Below, one piece after another: positions 61,445 through 64,000 of a DNA stretch of 64,000 nt. Below the pieces are notes generated by a model. It was not told the DNA's origin, ran no database searches, and saw only the letters and a list, made by a program, of their open reading frames with translations. Both the position numbers and the translations under genes were made by a program. The stretch lies in assembly GCF_009914755.1 (NCBI RefSeq), contig NC_060927.1; one strand, written 5' to 3'. The stretch comes from the human T2T-CHM13v2.0 reference genome, Homo sapiens. Every line of letters begins with the position of its first letter. Position 1 is the first letter of the stretch.

Positions 61445-63945
61445 TTAAATTAATTTTATTTTTAATTGACAGATTATAATTGTATATATTTTGGGGGTAC
61501 AAGGTGATGTTTTGCTATATGTGTACAATGATTAAATGATTAAATCAAACAAATTCACATATCTAGCACTTCATTTACATACCATTTGTTGTAGTTAGAC
61601 ATTTGAAATTTACTCTTATAAATTTTGAAATATAAAATACATTATTATTAACTATGATCACCCTGCTGTGCAATAGATTTCAAAAATTTATTTCTCCCAG
61701 CTGCAACTTTATACTCTTTGACCAACATTTCCGCATTCCTTCCTCCATCCTTCAGCCTCTGGTAACTACCATCCTACCCTCTACTTCTATGAGTTTGACT
61801 TTTTGGGTTCTACATATAAGTGAGATCATGTAGTATTGTTTTTTTGTTTTGTTTTGTTTTTTACAAGTATTAGCTATTTTTATTGTACTAATTTTGAAGT
61901 TTCTTTTTTTTAATTATACTTTAAGTTTTAGGGTACATGTGCACAACATGCAGGTTAGTTACATATGTATACATGTGCCATTTTGGTGTGCTGCACCCAG
62001 TAACTCGTCATTTAACATTAGGTATATCTCCCAATGCTATCCCTCCCCCCTCCCCCCACCCACAACAGGTCCCAGTGTGTGATGTTCCCCTTCCTGTGTC
62101 CATGTGTTCTCATTGTTCAATTCCCACCTATGAGTGAGAACATGCGGTGTTTGGTTTTTTGTCCTTGCGATAGTTTACTGAGAATGATGGTTTCCTGCTT
62201 CATCCATGTCCCTACAAAGGACATGAACTCATCATTTTTTATGACTGCATAGTATTCCATGGTGTATAAACTAGTTCAACCATTGTGGAAGTCAGTGTGG
62301 TGATTCCTCAGGGATCTAGAACTGGAAATACCACTTGACCCAGCCATCCCAGTACTGGGTATATACCCAAAGGATTATAAATCATGCTGCTATAAAGACA
62401 CATGCACACGTATGTTTACTGCGGCACTATTCACAATAGCAAAGACTTGGAACCAACCCAAATGCCCAACAATGGTAGACTGGATTAAGAAAATGTGGCA
62501 CGTATTTGTCTTTCTATGCTTGGCTTATTTCACTTACATTAATGTCCACCAGGTTCATCTACGTTGCCTCAAATGACAGAATTTCCTTCTTTTTTAAGGC
62601 TGAAGAGCATTCCATTGTGTATAAAACATTTTCTTTTTCCATTCATCCATTGATGAAAACTAAGGTTGATTTAATTACTTGGCTATTTTGACTAGTGCTG
62701 CAATGAACATGAGCATCGTGATTTGGCACAGTCATTTCAATTTTATTTTTGGATATATAACCAGAAATGAGATTACCCGATTATATGTAATTCTATTTTT
62801 AGAATTTTTGAGAAATCTGCATGCCATTTTCTGTAGTGGCTATATTAATATACATTTTCATCAATAGTGTACAATAGTTTTCTCCATATCCTTGCCAATA
62901 CTTATATTTCATCTTTTTGATAATGGCTACTCTATAACAGCTATGAGGTGATAGACCACTGTGTTTTTAATTTGCATTTCCTTGATGATTAGTGATGTTG
63001 AACATTTTTTCATGAGCCTGTTGGCTATTTGTACATCTTCTTTTGATTAATGTCTGCTCAGGTTCATTGCCCATCTTTAAGTGGGTTGTTTGTTTTCTGG
63101 CTATTGAGTTGTTTGAATTCTTTATATATTTTGGATATGAATCCCTTATCAGATGTGTGATAGGCAAATATTTTTGCCCATTCTGTGGGCTGTCTCTTCA
63201 GTCTGTTGTTTTCTTTACCATGCAGGAGCTTTTTAATTTGACGCCATCCTATTTGTGTATTTTTACTTTCACTGCCTGAGCTTTTGGGGTCATATCAAAA
63301 AATTTATTGCCGAGACCAATGTTATGGAGCTTTTTCTCTATTATTTTCTAATAATATTATGATTTCAGGTCTTATTTTAAGTCTTTAATCCATTTTGAGT
63401 TTACTTTTTTGTGTATGGTATGATGCAAGGATTCAATTTCATTCCTTTCATGTGTATACCAGTTTTCTGGACACCACTTATTGAAGAGACTGACCTTTCC
63501 CTATTGTATGTTCTTGGCTCCTTTGTCAAAAGTCAACTGATTGTAAAAGTGTGGGTTTAATTCTGGGCTTCTCATCCTGTTCCATTGGCTAATACATCTT
63601 TTTTTTTTTAATGCCAGTGCTATAGTGTTTTGATTACAATATAATTATGATATATTTTTAAATCAGAGTGTATAATGCCTCCAGTCTTGTTCTTTTTGTT
63701 CAAGATTGCTTTGATTAGTCAGTATTTTTTGTGGTTTTATAAGCATTTTAAGATTGATGTTTCTAGTTCAGTCCAAGATGTTATTGAAATTTTGATAAAG
63801 GGTATATTGAATCTGCAGATTGCTTTGCGTAGTAGGTACTTTTAACAATATTAATTCTTCTAATCCTTGAAAACGGGCTATCTCTTCCTTTATTTGTGTT
63901 TTCTTTAATTTCTTTTACAACGTTTTATGGTTTTCAGTATATAGA
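61445..63945 (-). mobile_element. Old L1MA 3' part, host to an L1PA insertion
   Basis: 3'UTR 61445-61837 resumes at 62502 ('gagatcatgtagtatt|gtatttgtctttc') and runs into decayed ORF2. Confidence 0.9.
61838..62501 (-). mobile_element. L1PA4/5-like insertion with 5' inversion and 3' transduction
   Basis: Outer tail 61838-61862, non-L1 segment 61863-61903, inner tail 61904-61911, antisense L1 3' end to 62268, sense (inverted) L1 62267-62501. Confidence 0.9.
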
Positions 63946-64000
63946 ACAATTTTATACTGGAAAATTTGAGACCTATTCCATGACACTTTACTAAGTATGT

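Overview
Primate, almost certainly human, AT-rich intronic/intergenic DNA made up mostly of interspersed repeats; a consensus-like AluYa5 at 2738-3046 points to human. I found no host protein-coding exon, RNA gene, CpG island or CRISPR-like array. The only long ORF (17946-19682, minus) is the C-terminal part of LINE-1 ORF2p in a 5'-truncated L1PA copy. The other ORFs are L1, Alu or Charlie remnants, low-complexity artefacts, or short ORFs with no recognisable product. The window holds nested L1 clusters (6.5-11.6, 15.1-24.5, 29.2-31.8, 61.4-63.9 kb), about 16 Alus, solo LTRs (MER41, MST x2, THE1, MLT1, LTR16-like), DNA transposons (Charlie1, Tigger3, MER5, MADE1) and ancient L2/L3/MIR fragments. 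I cannot support a new biological system here. The notable signals are retrotransposition footprints: an L1PA with both a 5' inversion and a 41-nt 3' transduction, a probable L1-associated deletion, a very young AluYa5 in an older Alu tail, and a MER41 retaining one GAS motif. Subfamily calls come from recalled consensus sequences, not alignments, and the ends of old elements are approximate.
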